NCBI GenBank assembly: GCA_048128005.1
Contig: JBEUKZ010000107.1
Location: 186,001 to 250,000 of the forward strand
From: Veleropilina oligotropha
Lineage: Eukaryota
Length of the DNA stretch: 64,000 nucleotides
Direction: 5' to 3'
In this document: positions 38,611-51,659 of the stretch, in pieces
Position numbering within the stretch: position 1 is the first letter of the stretch
Layout of the letters: each line of letters begins with the position of its first letter
Position numbers and translations under genes: made by a program
The notes under the pieces: generated by a model
What the model saw: only the letters and a program-made list of their open reading frames with translations
Databases searched by the model: none
Told to the model about the DNA's origin: nothing

Positions 38611-39642
38611 TTTTTATCCCCCGCCCGAAGGATAGCAGGGGATATTGTTGTTGCCATGTCCGTCCGTACGGCGTCCGTCCGTCCGTACGGCGTCCGTCCG
38701 TCCGTACGGCGTCCGTCCGTCCGTCCGTAAACAGGTACTCTGGAAGTGAGATTGAATAATATTTAATATAATTATTGCATAAATGTAGGAGGAGGAGGAA
38801 TTATGCTTAATGTCCTGTATATTTATAACATCGAGGTTCAAGGCAGGACATGTCCGTGTTATCGCGGGAGGAAACCCCGGTCGCCCGGGTAAACCCGCCC
38901 TCTTCGGCCAGTCACGGACAACTGTGCATCATAACTTGAACAAATGTGTGCTGCCTCAGCCGGGGTCGATCCCACTACTGTTCGCGTCAGCGGAAACAAG
39001 CCAGTGAATTTAGAGTGGACACTCTACCCACTGCGCTACCGAAGCGGCCCGCATAAATGTAGGTGTTTTTGAACATAAATTTTGGTTAAAGTTTCTGGTT
39101 AAAGTTTTTCATGCGTGTATATGGGTTGTTGAAACAACATTTTGGTGTATATATGCTTTGGTATTGATAATATGAATGTCAACTGATACTATGGAAATGA
39201 TGCTGAATTAAATTTAATATAATTATTGCATAAAAATGGTTTTTGTGGACATGGAAATTTTGGTTAAAGTTTTGTTGAAATTTTTCAATGGGCATATGGG
39301 TTGTTCTAGGCACTGTTTTGCATCCATATACTGTAGTGTTGACTATATTGATGCTGCTCCCTCATCTGCAAGTGATTTATAATATAAATAACATGTGAAA
39401 TTAGTGTTTGTGGACATTTTTGTTAAAGTTGAGTGAATTTCCGTTCTGTTCCATTATTGCATACATATTCTTTGGTGATGCTTATATTGATACCACCTTT
39501 TTCTCTAGCAATGATATTGAATATTATTTTGTATAAATATTGAAGAAACTTGATGTGTTGGGACAAAGAAATTTTGGTTAAAGTTTATAACAGAGTGATT
39601 GCGGAAGGCGGGGGATGAATCTGTTTTCTAACGGGCTCTTGT
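38611..39642 (+). mobile_element. HINE/Helentron-type element inserted in the CR1 3' region
   Basis: tttttatccccgcc...gcaggggata start, (ccgt)n tract, 3' gcgggggat...ctcttgt. Confidence 0.65.
38790..39050 (-). mobile_element. Full-length tRNA-derived SINE
   Basis: 13-bp TSD gcataaatgtagg (38777-89, 39051-63); A/B-box-like head (tagcgcagtgg, gggatcgacc); ggggtttcctcc central domain; (cct)n tail. Confidence 0.85.
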
Positions 39643-41311
39643 AATATGAGTGGCAGTAATGCGCTTCCTAAACCCAAACAATTTATATTTAAATCTATTT
39701 AAATTTTTTTGGGCGAGATTTCCTGTGTGCACTCTTGAAAAGTTATCCGATTTGATTCATATTTGGTATGCGCGTTCGTTATGATGAGGACATGCCGCTT
39801 AAAGATTTTCGTCATTTTCAGATCCAAGATGGACGCCATGGTGGCCATTTTGTTTGACGAGATTTCTTGTGTGCGCTCTACAGTGAAAAGTTATTATCTA
39901 AGTTGACTCAAATTTGGTATGTGCATTAGTTATGATGAGGACATGCCGCCTGACGATTTTCGTTGTTTTTGGATCCAAGATGACTGCTATGGTTGTCATT
40001 TTGTATGACAAGATTTCTTGTGCACGCTCTACAGTGAAAATTATAATCCAAGTTGACTCAAATTTGGTATGCGCATTAGTTATGATGAGGACATGCCGCC
40101 TGACGATTTTCATTGTTTTTGGATCCAAGATCTAGGCACTGTTTTTGTATGACGAGATTTCTTGTGCGCACTCGACAGTGAAAAGTTATCCGATTTATTT
40201 CAAATTTCATCTAGTCACGTTTGGTATGATGAGGACACGTCGCATAATGATTTGCGTTGTTTTTGTATTCCAGATGGTCGTCATGGCAGCCATTTCGTTG
40301 AAAATATTTCTTGTATGCACTCTACAGTGCACTCGAATTCGGTATGCACATTAGTTATAATGAGGACATGACGTCTGTCGATTTTCGCCGTTTTTGTAGT
40401 TTTCAGATTTAAAATTGGCTTCCAATGGGAGGGGATACATCCCCTCGCTAGTTTTATTATCATTTAGTATGTCTATGCCTTTGATGGTTTCCTTAAGTTT
40501 GAATCTCTCCGGGTAATTCAAAATGAATTGCTTTATGCAAATCCATTTTGTTCTCCACAAATTTGTTGGGAATATTGGGTCCTGGTGTTGCTTCTATAAA
40601 CCTGCTATTGCTAAGATGGATAATGAAAATACAATGATTAAAACATTTCTATCACCGTTGCCAACACTCTTGGCTAATGATTGTAACATACCAATCGGGA
40701 TTCATTTGACTTTATAGCACAATGATCCTTCAGTAATTGAATTATATCCCTTGGTGCTTTGACAGCAATAAACTCACAAGAAACGGAAAGTGTTTATTAA
40801 AAATTATCGGTATTGTCCCTGGTTTCTGTGTACCTGTATTTGAAGAATATGTTACAGTAATAATCGTAAATATCTCATTTTATGTGTTTATGGGAAACGA
40901 TGGTGATGGCTCTTTTTTGTACATATATATGGTTCTGGATTCTGTAATATCCATCAGTTTTTGCCATGCAGCATATTGCTTGTTATGGTTAATTGAAGGG
41001 TAGAGGTCCCTGAAGACATGATCATGGTGAGATCCAATAGTTGGGCAGTTTAGCGTGAGATTAGCTTTGTATTCTGGTGCCTCCCTCAGGCCTACTATGC
41101 CCTCTAGTGACCACTGTGAAGGCAGACATCATAATTGGTCTGGCAGATGGTAAAGACAGGTTAATTCCCATAGATAGTTTCAAAATCTTGTTACTGCATG
41201 TTAAGATTTTTAAAGGCTAACTGTATCAACATTTTTTAGTTTTCGCTAAGCCTGATAAACCTGAAATCCAAATGTCTTTATTATTTTATAAAATAATAAT
41301 AATAAAACTTT

Positions 41312-44222
41312 ATTAGGCCCCGCAGGGAGGCCTATAGTGATCACCTTTTCCGTCCGTCCGTCCGTCCTTCCGTCCGTCCTTCCGTCCGTCCGACATGCAC
41401 ATTCTTTCATTTGCTCAATCTTAAGGTTAAGGTCCCAGGTCAAAGTTTCTGCACAATCTGCTGATTTAGCAAAGTATAACTAATAGACAATAAATAAAGA
41501 AGAGTAGGTACTCAACTACTATTAATAGGCGTTACTTAATGGAATTTGATTCAAATTACCTTGGTTAAGGTTCCATTGGGATTAATTATTATTTTTAAAT
41601 ATAAACATAACTTTGGTGAAAGTCGATCACTTGTCTCTCTGTCAGACTTGCTCTAGGCTTGTAGTGTATGCTACAGGCACAGTAAGCAGTGAGACTTAAG
41701 GTGATAGTTTATGAGGTTATATACTTGTATATAGCTTCCCTGTTCGGAATATCCAACAGCTTCTTTGATCATGCTATGATGTCGATCAAGAGTAAACTAT
41801 CCCATGATCAGTGAATGTCCCAGGTTAATGTTTCATATGCTCAATCTTAAGGTTAAGATCACAGTAGAGTTTCCTTTGCCCAATCTTCTGATAAGATCCC
41901 AGGTTAAAGATTCATTTGCCCAATCTTCAGGTTAAGGTCCCAGGTCAAAGTTTCTACTTGTTTGATTTCTGAAGTTTTGCGTTTGGCTCTGTTTCTCAAA
42001 AGTATAAGATCTAGATCAAAATAACTATAGATGCTTCAAGGGTACTGATGCTAAATGAATGCTTCGGATGCTGTATATTAGTATATAACATATATTATAT
42101 GGTACAATGACTTTGTCATCATAGTAATCATTAAATCTGTGTTAAGATTTTGCTTTGTTTCCATATATCTTTTCACTCGAGCATCAGTTCAACTTCAAAC
42201 TTCACATGTGCAAACCTTATGAGCTGAAAAAAGTGCATACATATTTTTTTAAAATAATAATAAATTAAAAAAATTAAAAAAAAAATTCTTTTTTATATAT
42301 CAAAAAGGTTCATGAATGATTTTCATCATGTCTGTAGCAGTTATTCTGAAAAAATTAATTATGCCTTAAAGTATTTAGGATAGAAATAATGGTAATTTTT
42401 GAAGAGTTATTAAATTTATTTTGTTTATTTATCTAAATGTTATGTGTGTATGATGAAAGGGACATGTGCTTATCTGTAAGACTTGCTCACTGCCAATAGG
42501 CAAAGTAAGCTGTTAAGCTTAATGGTCACTCTGTGAAGCCGAGATTATCAAAATCTGATGTATTTTGAAAACTGCATGGCTTCGCCCTTGGTTTATTCCA
42601 TGGGTATCTTGATTTGGCAGTATATATGGCAATTAAAAGATCAGAATGTATACAGTGTCTATTATCATTCTCCTCAATTGATCAAGGTTAGCTTAATGCA
42701 TCCCGAACAATAGTTCGGAATACACTGTAGCCTCGGTATAACGCGCCTCGATATACCGCGATATCGGTTATAACGCGAGGCAGATCATGGCTCCCAAAAT
42801 TTTATACCATATATACCTACTTTCTATAAAATGAGTCGGTTTCATGATAATTTTAGCAAATTAAGGAACCATTTTACAAATTGCAAAACGAAATCGATAC
42901 TTTTATTAAAATTAAAATCTACCTTGATTCATCTTGATTGTAAATGATTCTTTTAAGTTTATTCATACATCATTGTCTTGTTAACTTAATCCCTTTACAC
43001 ACGGAAACAATGGAAAGTAAGTTTGTTGACTCTGAAACATGGCCGACGGCTTGGGTCTACGGTCGCTTAGGACAAGGACAAATTTACTTGCTAATAAATA
43101 TTTTATTACACTTGTTGTTTTGTAAACAAATATGAAATAAACATTGATGTTTTAAGCGTTGTATGATCAAGTTTCTTTTATGGATATGATTTACGATTAG
43201 TAAATCAAATGAATGAATGATATCACGTGATTGAAAATTTCGCTTAGAACAAAGACAAACTGTTAACGATTAGTAAATCACATTACTGAATGATATCACG
43301 TGATAGAAAATTTATTGTATTCCCGTTGTAAATGACATCTACATGTATATTAATTACAAATATCATTACATTATTTTAATTTCGCTTATTTTTTAAATGC
43401 AATGCCCTCCGCATTTTACATATTTATCGGCAGCTCATTTATAACGCAACGACCTCTGAACTCCATGGATAAACAAAACAACACCCCAAAGATTTCACAC
43501 GCACCACGTGATATTCCTAGTCACAGAAGAGCGAGCGGCTATTGATCAGTGCAAAACAAAAGAAACGATTAAATGCACTTGCAGCTTAATTGGGTTACTA
43601 TGAACATGAACTACATTTCACCACCGTATAATACGCTATGAACATAACAGACAACAAAGCTTTTATTGCAGATTTAAATTAAAACACATGTTGAAACAAT
43701 CGGAGTTACATTTATAAAATTTCCCCGTCAGACAGGTAAATATATATAAACTATATATATATATATATATAACATTTCAAAATAGCTATAATAAATGTTA
43801 TATTTCCTGCATTCATCATTTTATTTATTTTCCTCTCATATACACATTACAATGACATTAGCATATTCATGACAGCTTTTCAATAGACAATATTCGTATA
43901 CCGCGGATCGGTTATAACGCGGTGCGTGTCCACTTGGACCCCAATATCCGCGTTATACCGAGGCTACAGTGTACTGTAGTCGATTCATCGCTTAGTCATT
44001 TAGATTTCTTGTGCGCACAGTACAGTCAACAGTTCTGAACAGATTTCATTCAAATTTGATATGCGCATTTATGAAGTTTGATGAGGAAACGATGCTGAGT
44101 GTTTACATAAAGTTTCTTTGATCAATGATGTTTGTCGCTTTCCTCTTTTCACAACTTTTATCGTGTTGGTGATCGCTAAAGCGGGGCCTCTGTGATGGTG
44201 TTCCATCACTTTTTATCTAGTT
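41312..44222 (+). mobile_element. HINE/Helentron-type element (composite, contains further insertions)
   Basis: 5' taggccccgc..ggccta + (ccgt)n; 3' gcggggcct + gtgatgg/ccatcac hairpin + ctagtt. Confidence 0.6.
42723..43971. mobile_element. Tc1/mariner-pogo-type MITE
   Basis: Perfect 23-bp TIRs cactgtagcctcggtataacgcg; TA on both flanks; subterminal atcggttataacgcg repeats. Confidence 0.85.
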
Positions 44223-44912
44223 TATAGAGGGAGTACAGTTAACAAATTAATGCTAATCTTCCCTGAGTCCCTCTCATAGAAAGACTGAAACAAAGTCTCA
44301 GAGTACATATATTGATTACAAACATTTGCATTCATAATGGCTATCATTAAAGTATACAAAGACAAATAAAATTACGGTAAATCATTTTGAAATACAGTAA
44401 ATTATTTACACAGATGTTTCAAGATAGGTGACATCTCAAAAGCTTTTTAAATTTATATTCAGTATCTGCGGCCTTTATATTCTGAGGCAGGTTATTCCAA
44501 AGTGTTGCACCAGAATATTTGAAAGTTCTCTTTAATGAATCAGTTTTAGGCTTTGGCAATGAAAGAATTTTTGAAGAAACAGATCGTAGACTCTTTTCGG
44601 AGTTATAATATGTAATGTGAAATTTATTACTGATATATTCTGGAGTTGTTTTTTGCATAGCTTTATACATTAAGGTGGCCTTATGCATTTGAATTCTGTT
44701 GTCAAATGATAGCCAGTCAAGTGATTTAAATAGTGCTTTACTTGATGAATAAAAAGGGGAATCTAGAATAATCCTAGCTGCTCTTTTTTGTAGTTTTACA
44801 ACAGTTGAAAGAGAAGAGTTTGTGCAAAGTAGGAGTTCATCATTTGATTTAAGGTCCAATGTTTCCTTGTTGCAAGACAGCTTTTGTCTACTGCCAACAA
44901 TTAACGATTTAG

Positions 44913-45091
44913 TTTTTGTCTCGCCCCGAACGGAAAGCGAGACTTAGGGATTGCATTTTCCGGCGTCGTCGTCGGTGTCGTGTCATTTTCGGTTAAAGTT
45001 TTTTAGGTTAAAGTTTTTCATTGAATGGAATTTTCTGATACATTGATATATATATTTAAAGGGCGAGACATATCGGACCGTGGTTCTTGTT
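44913..45091 (+). mobile_element. Short HINE/Helentron-type element inserted in a T-run within the LINE ORF
   Basis: tgtctcgccc..gcgagac start, (gtc)n tract, gggcgagaca + hairpin + cttgtt end; LINE reading frame resumes across it (NNQ|KTKS). Confidence 0.7.
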
Positions 45092-46849
45092 TGGTTATTT
45101 ACAATAATCTCATTTTTACTACACCAATTGTTTAAACTTTCCATATATATATTGAGTGTACCTTCAATATCAATCAATACATGTCAGTATTTGGGCTTAT
45201 ATGGAGAGGCAGATCATTAATGAATATAATAAATAAAATAGGTCCTAAAACTGATCCTTGTGGGAACCCGTATTCAATCTTTTGTGTCGGTGATTGGGCA
45301 TTTCCAATGCATACTTTCTGCTCACGATCATTGAGATATGATTCTAAAAGTGACATACACTTAGCACCAATCTGGTACATCTGAAGCTTTTCTAACAGTA
45401 ATTTGTGATCTACCAAGTCAAAGGCTTTTTTAAAGTCAACTAAAATTGCTCCTGTTATATTACCTTCATCCATTTGAGATAACCATTCATCAGTCATCTT
45501 TAACAAAGCTGTTTGGCAGGAATTATTTTTCCTATATCCTGATTGAGCTTCATGTAATAGTTTGTAAGTATGAAAAAAGGACATAATTTGTTTTGCAAGA
45601 TGTTTTTCTAAGATTTTAGAAATGATGGGTATAACAGAAATTGGGCGATAATTCTCAATATTTGATTTTAGTCCTTTTTTGTAAAAACGTAATATTTTTG
45701 CTTGTTTAAATTTTTTGGGAAATACGCCTTTTGTAATAGATAAATTGAGTATATAAGTTAATGATGGCGCTAATACCGTAGATGCTATTTTAAAATTTTG
45801 GGGCCAATCCCATCTAGTCCAGTTGATTTGGAAACATCTCAATGGCTAAGGTATGCTTCCACTTCTGCACATGTAATCAATTCAATTTGTATGGCTTTTT
45901 CCTCAGGCAGTCTTTCTTTTATAAATGATTGGAGGTTTTGGTAATCATCACTGGTATTAGTCTTATATTTACACTTTAATGTTTCTATTAGTTCCTTGAC
46001 GTGTTTGCTCATAATATTTGCTATATCTTGAGGGTCCGTTGTTATTTTATCATTATTTTGTATAGATGTTGGCAATGGAGAATTCAAATTTTTTACCTTA
46101 GTTACATTTTTCATAGCAGCCCATATGTCCTTTACATTCCTTTTTTCTGAAACAGCTTTTTTAACGTAATTAGCTTTTGCTGTATTAATTAATTTCTTGC
46201 TTTTATTACGGCATAGTTTATAAGATGAAAAATCTTTCTTTCTTTTATACATGTCACGCATTTGTTGCGCTTTTTTAATTTCATCATTGAACCACTCCGG
46301 TTGAAATCGGTTATGAACCCTTCTAGTTCTTTTAGGAGCATGCTTATTGATTATGTTTAAAAATAGTTTATACAATATATGCAGGCAATAATCTGGGTCA
46401 TCATAATATTCTACATTATAAAAGGGAACATTTGCTAAGTCAGTGATGAAAAGATCTTCATTGAAATGTTGGTAGTTTCTATAGATTATTTCGTCATCAG
46501 ATCAGTTGCACATATTCATATTAATATAGTAAGGTTAGTGCATGGATATTGTCATATTCATATTAATATTATAGTAAGGTTAGTGCATGGATATTGTCAT
46601 ATTCATATTAATATAGTAAGGTTAGTGCATGGATATTGTCATTGGTATGACTATAGTACAAGTTCTGTGTTATACAAAACTGCTTAATTCATTGCCAGAT
46701 CAATCTGTGCTAATTTTTTCTTGGGAAGGTCATCCTGAGAAAATACATCGGTTGTGACAGAGTTCAGTACAGAATATATAACCCAGGGCTGCAATGGCTG
46801 CATGCTGTAATTTAATATCATTCTATTTAATTATTTTGTTTGTTTCCAG

Positions 46850-47023
46850 GTTTAAACGATGACTTATGGCATGACGTGGAACTATCGGTCAATGTTCAGA
46901 CGGGGTCAATATATGTAACACTGGATAATCGCACGGAAAGCAGATTCCTCAAGGCTTATCAGTACGGAAAGGCGCGGACCATACTCGACTGGAGCAGCTT
47001 GGACTCCGTTATTTATTTTGGAG
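46850..47023 (+). CDS. Axotactin/neurexin-like exon 2 (LamG1)
   Basis: Acceptor ttccag; GLNDDLWHDV...TLDN...IYFGG; phase 1/1. Confidence 0.92.
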
Positions 47024-47114
47024 GTTTGTCAATAATCTCAAATACAAATCAAATTGAAATTTGTGACTGGCTTGGCTAATATTTTGACACTTAAAGCTAA
47101 GGAAGACATTGAAA

Positions 47115-47373
47115 AGGGAAAGAAAAGGATCGATGCTTAATGTCATGTATTTACAACCATTAGGTTCAAAGCAGGACATTCCCAAATTATCGTGAAAGGA
47201 AAGCCCGGTCAACCGGAGAGATCCGCCCTTTCCGAACAGCTACGAACAATTCATATGCATAACTGAACGAATAATGTCATATCCCAACCGAGATACGGAC
47301 CCACTACGGTTCATGTCACTAGAATCAAGCCAGTGATTTTCAGGGTCTACAACCAAAACCATACGACTGTCGG
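47115..47373 (-). mobile_element. tRNA-derived SINE copy
   Basis: Homology to the SINE family; flanked by ~29-bp direct repeat gacacttaaa[g/a]ctaaggaag[a/g]cattgaaa. Confidence 0.7.
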
Positions 47374-48412
47374 ACACTTAAAACTAAGGAAGGCATTGAA
47401 ACGAGGTTTTGTTTACAATTATATATTTTATATTTCTGTGAAATTGATACATTTATATCGTAAAACTGGTATCTTTTTAGATTCCACCAGTTCTAGTTAT
47501 ATCATAAATATTGGGCACATATTTATGCGTCACGACTTGCCAGTTTGATAACAGCTATAATAGCTTTCTGTAATGGAATGCTTTAAGCACCCTGGACAAT
47601 TAAAACAGCTTGTTATTTTACTTGATTATCGATCAGTCTGCAAATACTGACCGCATCTAAGAGAAACACGAAGGGTGTCGAAGTTGTGTCAGAGCGTAAT
47701 TGCTAACGGAAGCGCAATAACATGGCTGTAGACTTTACATATTTTCTTTCGGATCGCGTTCTTTTATAACTTTGTTGTTTCTCATCAGTTGACTCGCGAT
47801 TCAGTACCTTCGATTTTCTTTGTGCCATCGTAGTATCAATATTGAATCTAACCCGATCTGAGTTACAAGGAAAACTGCTGGATTAGAAGAAATCTTCATC
47901 AATCAGATTACATGGCCGAAGTCACTTAATAGATTACTCCCGCCGCCACTCACCATCATTGCCAGCATGAAACAGGAATGGTAGCAGGTTTTATAACAAT
48001 CATCAAACATATTCACGCGATTAAACCTGCCAAGCATCTGCCAATAGTGGTAACCAGCTGCTGATACTTGAATATCTGATTGCTATTCATTTGTTTATAT
48101 TCAATGAGACATTTCTATGTATTGCTTGGTCTTATGTATACAGCAATTTCTTAGCTGATTAATTGTAACAGTATATAAACATAAATGACTTGAACATATC
48201 AGTCGATCACATGACTTCTATATCTATAAAGGTACTGTTATTAGTGTTAGACGTGTCAATGGTATTCAACGTAACATTTTACTTTGAAAAACATTGTACT
48301 TCTTACAAGCAAATTGATTCCCTTTATTTTAAAAAAACACCACATTTTACCAAATAAACTGTCAGTTTGCCATTAAACGCTTGATTTAAGTCTGTCGTTT
48401 GTGGATAAATGA

Positions 48413-48507
48413 TTTGTCTTGGCATGTACAGATTGATCTGTCTTGGCATGTACAGATTGATCTGTCTTGGCATGTACAGATTGATCTGTCTTGGCATGTA
48501 CAGATTG
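48413..48507. repeat. 24-bp tandem repeat, ~4 copies
   Basis: gattgatctgtcttggcatgtaca. Confidence 0.9.
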
Positions 48508-48617
48508 ACGAAGTCTTGGGAATTTTGAATTAGTCTCGGAATAGTCATGAAAATTTGCAACAGATTATGTAAATACGCATCCTGTTTTAATTCTTAATTG
48601 CTTTGTAATGTTTTCAG

Positions 48618-48863
48618 GTCGACCCAATTATAAGAAGTTTGCGCAGTTCATTGGGTGTATGCGAGACCTGAAGTATGAGAGGCAGGATGAACTACTGGCC
48701 AACATCGCGTTCCGGAACCAGGAAGGCATCTCGGAGGGCTGCACGGACCTCTGTACCGTAAACGATCCGTGCAAAAACTCTGGAAAATGCATCAATAAGT
48801 ACACCAAGGTCGTCTGTGATTGCTTTGGAACCGACTTTGAAGGAAATTATTGCCAAACACTAG
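48618..48863 (+). CDS. Axotactin/neurexin-like exon 3 (end of LamG1 + EGF1)
   Basis: FIGCMRDL; CTVNDPCKNSGKCINKYTKVVCDCFGTDFEGNYC; phase 1/1. Confidence 0.93.
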
Positions 48864-48949
48864 GTATTACATATTTATCAGTTGCAGTAAATGGAAATGG
48901 TATTTACTATTATATAATAATAAATTAATTTAATTGACTAGTTAATACC

Positions 48950-49121
48950 GGGACCGCTCGGGTAGCCGTGTGGTGTCGAGTGCCAAATCTAAAATCACAG
49001 GCGTGAGTGCGCCGACTAACCGGCGTGCGTTCGGATCTCGGTTGGAGCATTGGCCTTTGTTCAGTTACTAATCACATTTGTCCGTAACTAATCGGAGAGG
49101 GCGTGTTTTCCTGGGCGACTA
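48950..49121 (+). mobile_element. tRNA-derived SINE, diverged/partial
   Basis: Head gggaccgctcgggtagccgtgtgg...gttcggatc plus the shared central domain. Confidence 0.55.
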
Positions 49122-49166
49122 GACATTATATTGATGCAATCCAATCCAGCTTGTCCTGGTCTATAT

Positions 49167-49905
49167 TTGTATCCCCGGACGATATAGTCGGGGATATTAT
49201 GGTTTAGCCCGCCGCCGCAGAGATTTCTTGTGCGTGCTCTACAGTGAAAAATTCGTATCCGATTTGATTCAAATTCGCTATGCGCATTAGTTGTGATGAG
49301 TACACGCCACCTAACAATTTTTGTCATTTTCGGATCAGAGATGGCCGCCATTTTTGTTTGTAGAAATTTCCTGTGCGCGCTCTACAGAGAAATTTTTTAA
49401 TCCGATTTGATTCAAATTTGGTATGCATGTTAGTTAACATAAAGATACACCGCATAGCGATTTTCGTCGATTTCGGATTCAAGATGGCCACCTTGGCGGC
49501 CATTTTCTATGACGAGAATTCTTGTCCACGCTCTACAGTGAAAAGTTCTGATCGCCTAACGATTTTCGTCATTTTCAGGTCAAAGATGGCTGCCGTGGCG
49601 GCCATTTTGTTTTGAATAGATTTCATATGCGCGCTTTACAGTGAAATATTTTAATCCGATATGATTCAAATTTGGTATGCGTGTTAGTTATGTTGAGAAA
49701 ACACTGCCTAACGATTTGCATCGTGACGGCCATTTTCTTTGAGGAGATTTCTTGTGTGCACTCTATGTACAGTGAAAAGCTAATATACGATTTGATTCAA
49801 ATTAGATATATACGTTTGTTATGATGAGGACACGGCGCCTATTGATTTTTGCTACCATGGGAGGGGATACATCCCCTCGACTTGCCGGGTCGAGGATTTG
49901 CTAGT
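49167..49905 (+). mobile_element. HINE/Helentron-type element with ~145-bp internal units
   Basis: tgtatccccg..cggggata start; ggggatac + cctcgac/gtcgagg hairpin + ctagt end. Confidence 0.72.
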
Positions 49906-51659
49906 TTACATACATAGGACTTCATTAATTTTGATAATGCAATTATGGACGATAATTAATGTCTTGAACCAACTTATGGTAACAATAACTTTTATGATCT
50001 ATTAATTAAACACATTTCTCGAATGGCCTGAGATAATTTGGTTTATTCATCATTGGTGCACATGAAAATACTGGACATATGTGCCGTTGAAGCATCTAAC
50101 ATCTGGCTATGATCGACGACATGATGGCGCATTGAGAATGTGTTCAATAATGAATTGCCTTGCATCATCTTCTCCTGTCTGCTGGATGCTGGTATGACGA
50201 TGCAGATTTCATAACATTCTGCAGACCTGTGCTCACGATGAGGAGATTGTGATTTTTATATGCTACACTAAAATTGCGATGTCAGCAGTATATAGTATAT
50301 ATTGGCATGTCTGTGCAACGCCATCTGTATACTATAGAGACTAATAACTCAATTCAAAGCTAATTGTTAGAGCTATGATCATATGGACCGTAAAGCATTC
50401 TGTAGACTGCATATATGAATGTAATATCTTGACCTGAGCTAAGCGGCGTAATGTATTGAATCATGTTTCAACTATTCGCTATTACATATTGATATATATA
50501 TACTGTATATATATATTCTTCTGTGTTTCGTAGTACTGTAGATATGAATAAGTACTATAATAAGCCAGCTCTAGACGTACATCTTTCCTTTCTTTTGTCA
50601 GCCATATGTTGTGTGGATCAAGGACTGATTCATTAGCTGTATACGTGGTTAAATTAATGTCATCATTGGGCTAAATGTTGTTATGGGCATCAAAATGAAG
50701 CGTACTAAATATGAGGTACTGTTACAACAGTAACAGCAAACAGGGATGATTATCGTCATCAGACGATGTTAGGTCGATACGCATTCCCCAATTATTTGGT
50801 TTAAAATCAATAATGGCTAACTAGGCAGCTTGCCTATTTCTCCTCTCTTGGGACATGTGCATTGACATTGCAAACAGCCTTATAAGCTGCTGATGAAATG
50901 CCACCTAGAAGTGTCAAGGGGGTCAATGGAACAGCAAACATCTCTAATCAATTAAGCCTAATGTCCAGGCAAATTTGATAGCTCATTTGTGGCTACTGGT
51001 TGTTATGTGAAGTACTTAGAGTACTCATAGTCCAGCGTCAAGGGCGTACAAGATATATATCTCTGCTTGACACCTGAATGCTGAGTGCTTATAGTTGGTG
51101 TTCAGTAATTCACCGCTCGTCTTCATGAGAAAATTAGTAATTTATTTAAAGCAACTATGTCAACCAATGCCACCATGTTGCCTAACCTTACTTCCTGTTT
51201 AATGTCAATTTATTCGGTAAATGGATTCTGTATAAAATAAGTAAAATATCATTGCTAAATATGATGGGAATTTATTTACCAATAAGCTAATATCTAATAT
51301 ATAATAAGAGACATCTAATACACGCACAGATGTCAAATACTTACCTTATTTATTTACAATTTCCATGTTGATTAATGTCAAAGGCCAATACCTGATATAA
51401 AGTTAACTTGACGCAAAATAATCTTATGGATTGAAATGAATTATTTTGAAAACTTTTGATAAAAGTACAAGGTCAGCTTTAAATGATTTTAATGTGAAAA
51501 GGTCAGAACTGCGTGTAGTGTTCACATAACAAATATTGATGTTGCTTTCATTACAGCCGAAAAAGAGCATTTTGAAGCACTAGTGTTCTCATATATAAAT
51601 ATGCTGTCATTGAATGTTCAAAGTAGTGGTTAAACTTCCAAACCATTCACTCGGTATAA

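Larger units (their letters stand above)
37725..39705 (+). pseudogene. 5'-truncated CR1-clade LINE reverse transcriptase C-terminal fragment, 3' UTR interrupted
   Basis: VPQGS, FADDTELY, LQSDLNNLVKWSEDWQMLFNTSKCKVLH, VRPHLEYAVQAWSPYL, LEQVQRRATKLI; deletion and frameshifts. Confidence 0.85.
37543..40452 (+). mobile_element. HINE/Helentron-type element (~145-bp internal units) split by nested insertions
   Basis: 5' part 37543-37725 and 3' part ~39712-40452 match the intact copies at 49167 and 51660. Confidence 0.7.
41291..46470 (-). pseudogene. L2/Crack-like LINE fragment (RT domain) with frameshifts and nested insertions
   Basis: NYRPISVIPIISKILEK, DFKKAFDLVDH, GFPQGSVLGPILFIIFINDLP, LQKRAARII; 3' tail aataaagttttattattatt displaced to 41291-41313 by an inserted element. 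Confidence 0.85.

Noticed and set aside
38960..39050. tRNA gene (head with ctctaaa loop, superficially a CUA suppressor)
   Set aside because: It is the head of a TSD-flanked SINE, continuing into core and tail; no proper acceptor stem seen and the loop varies among copies
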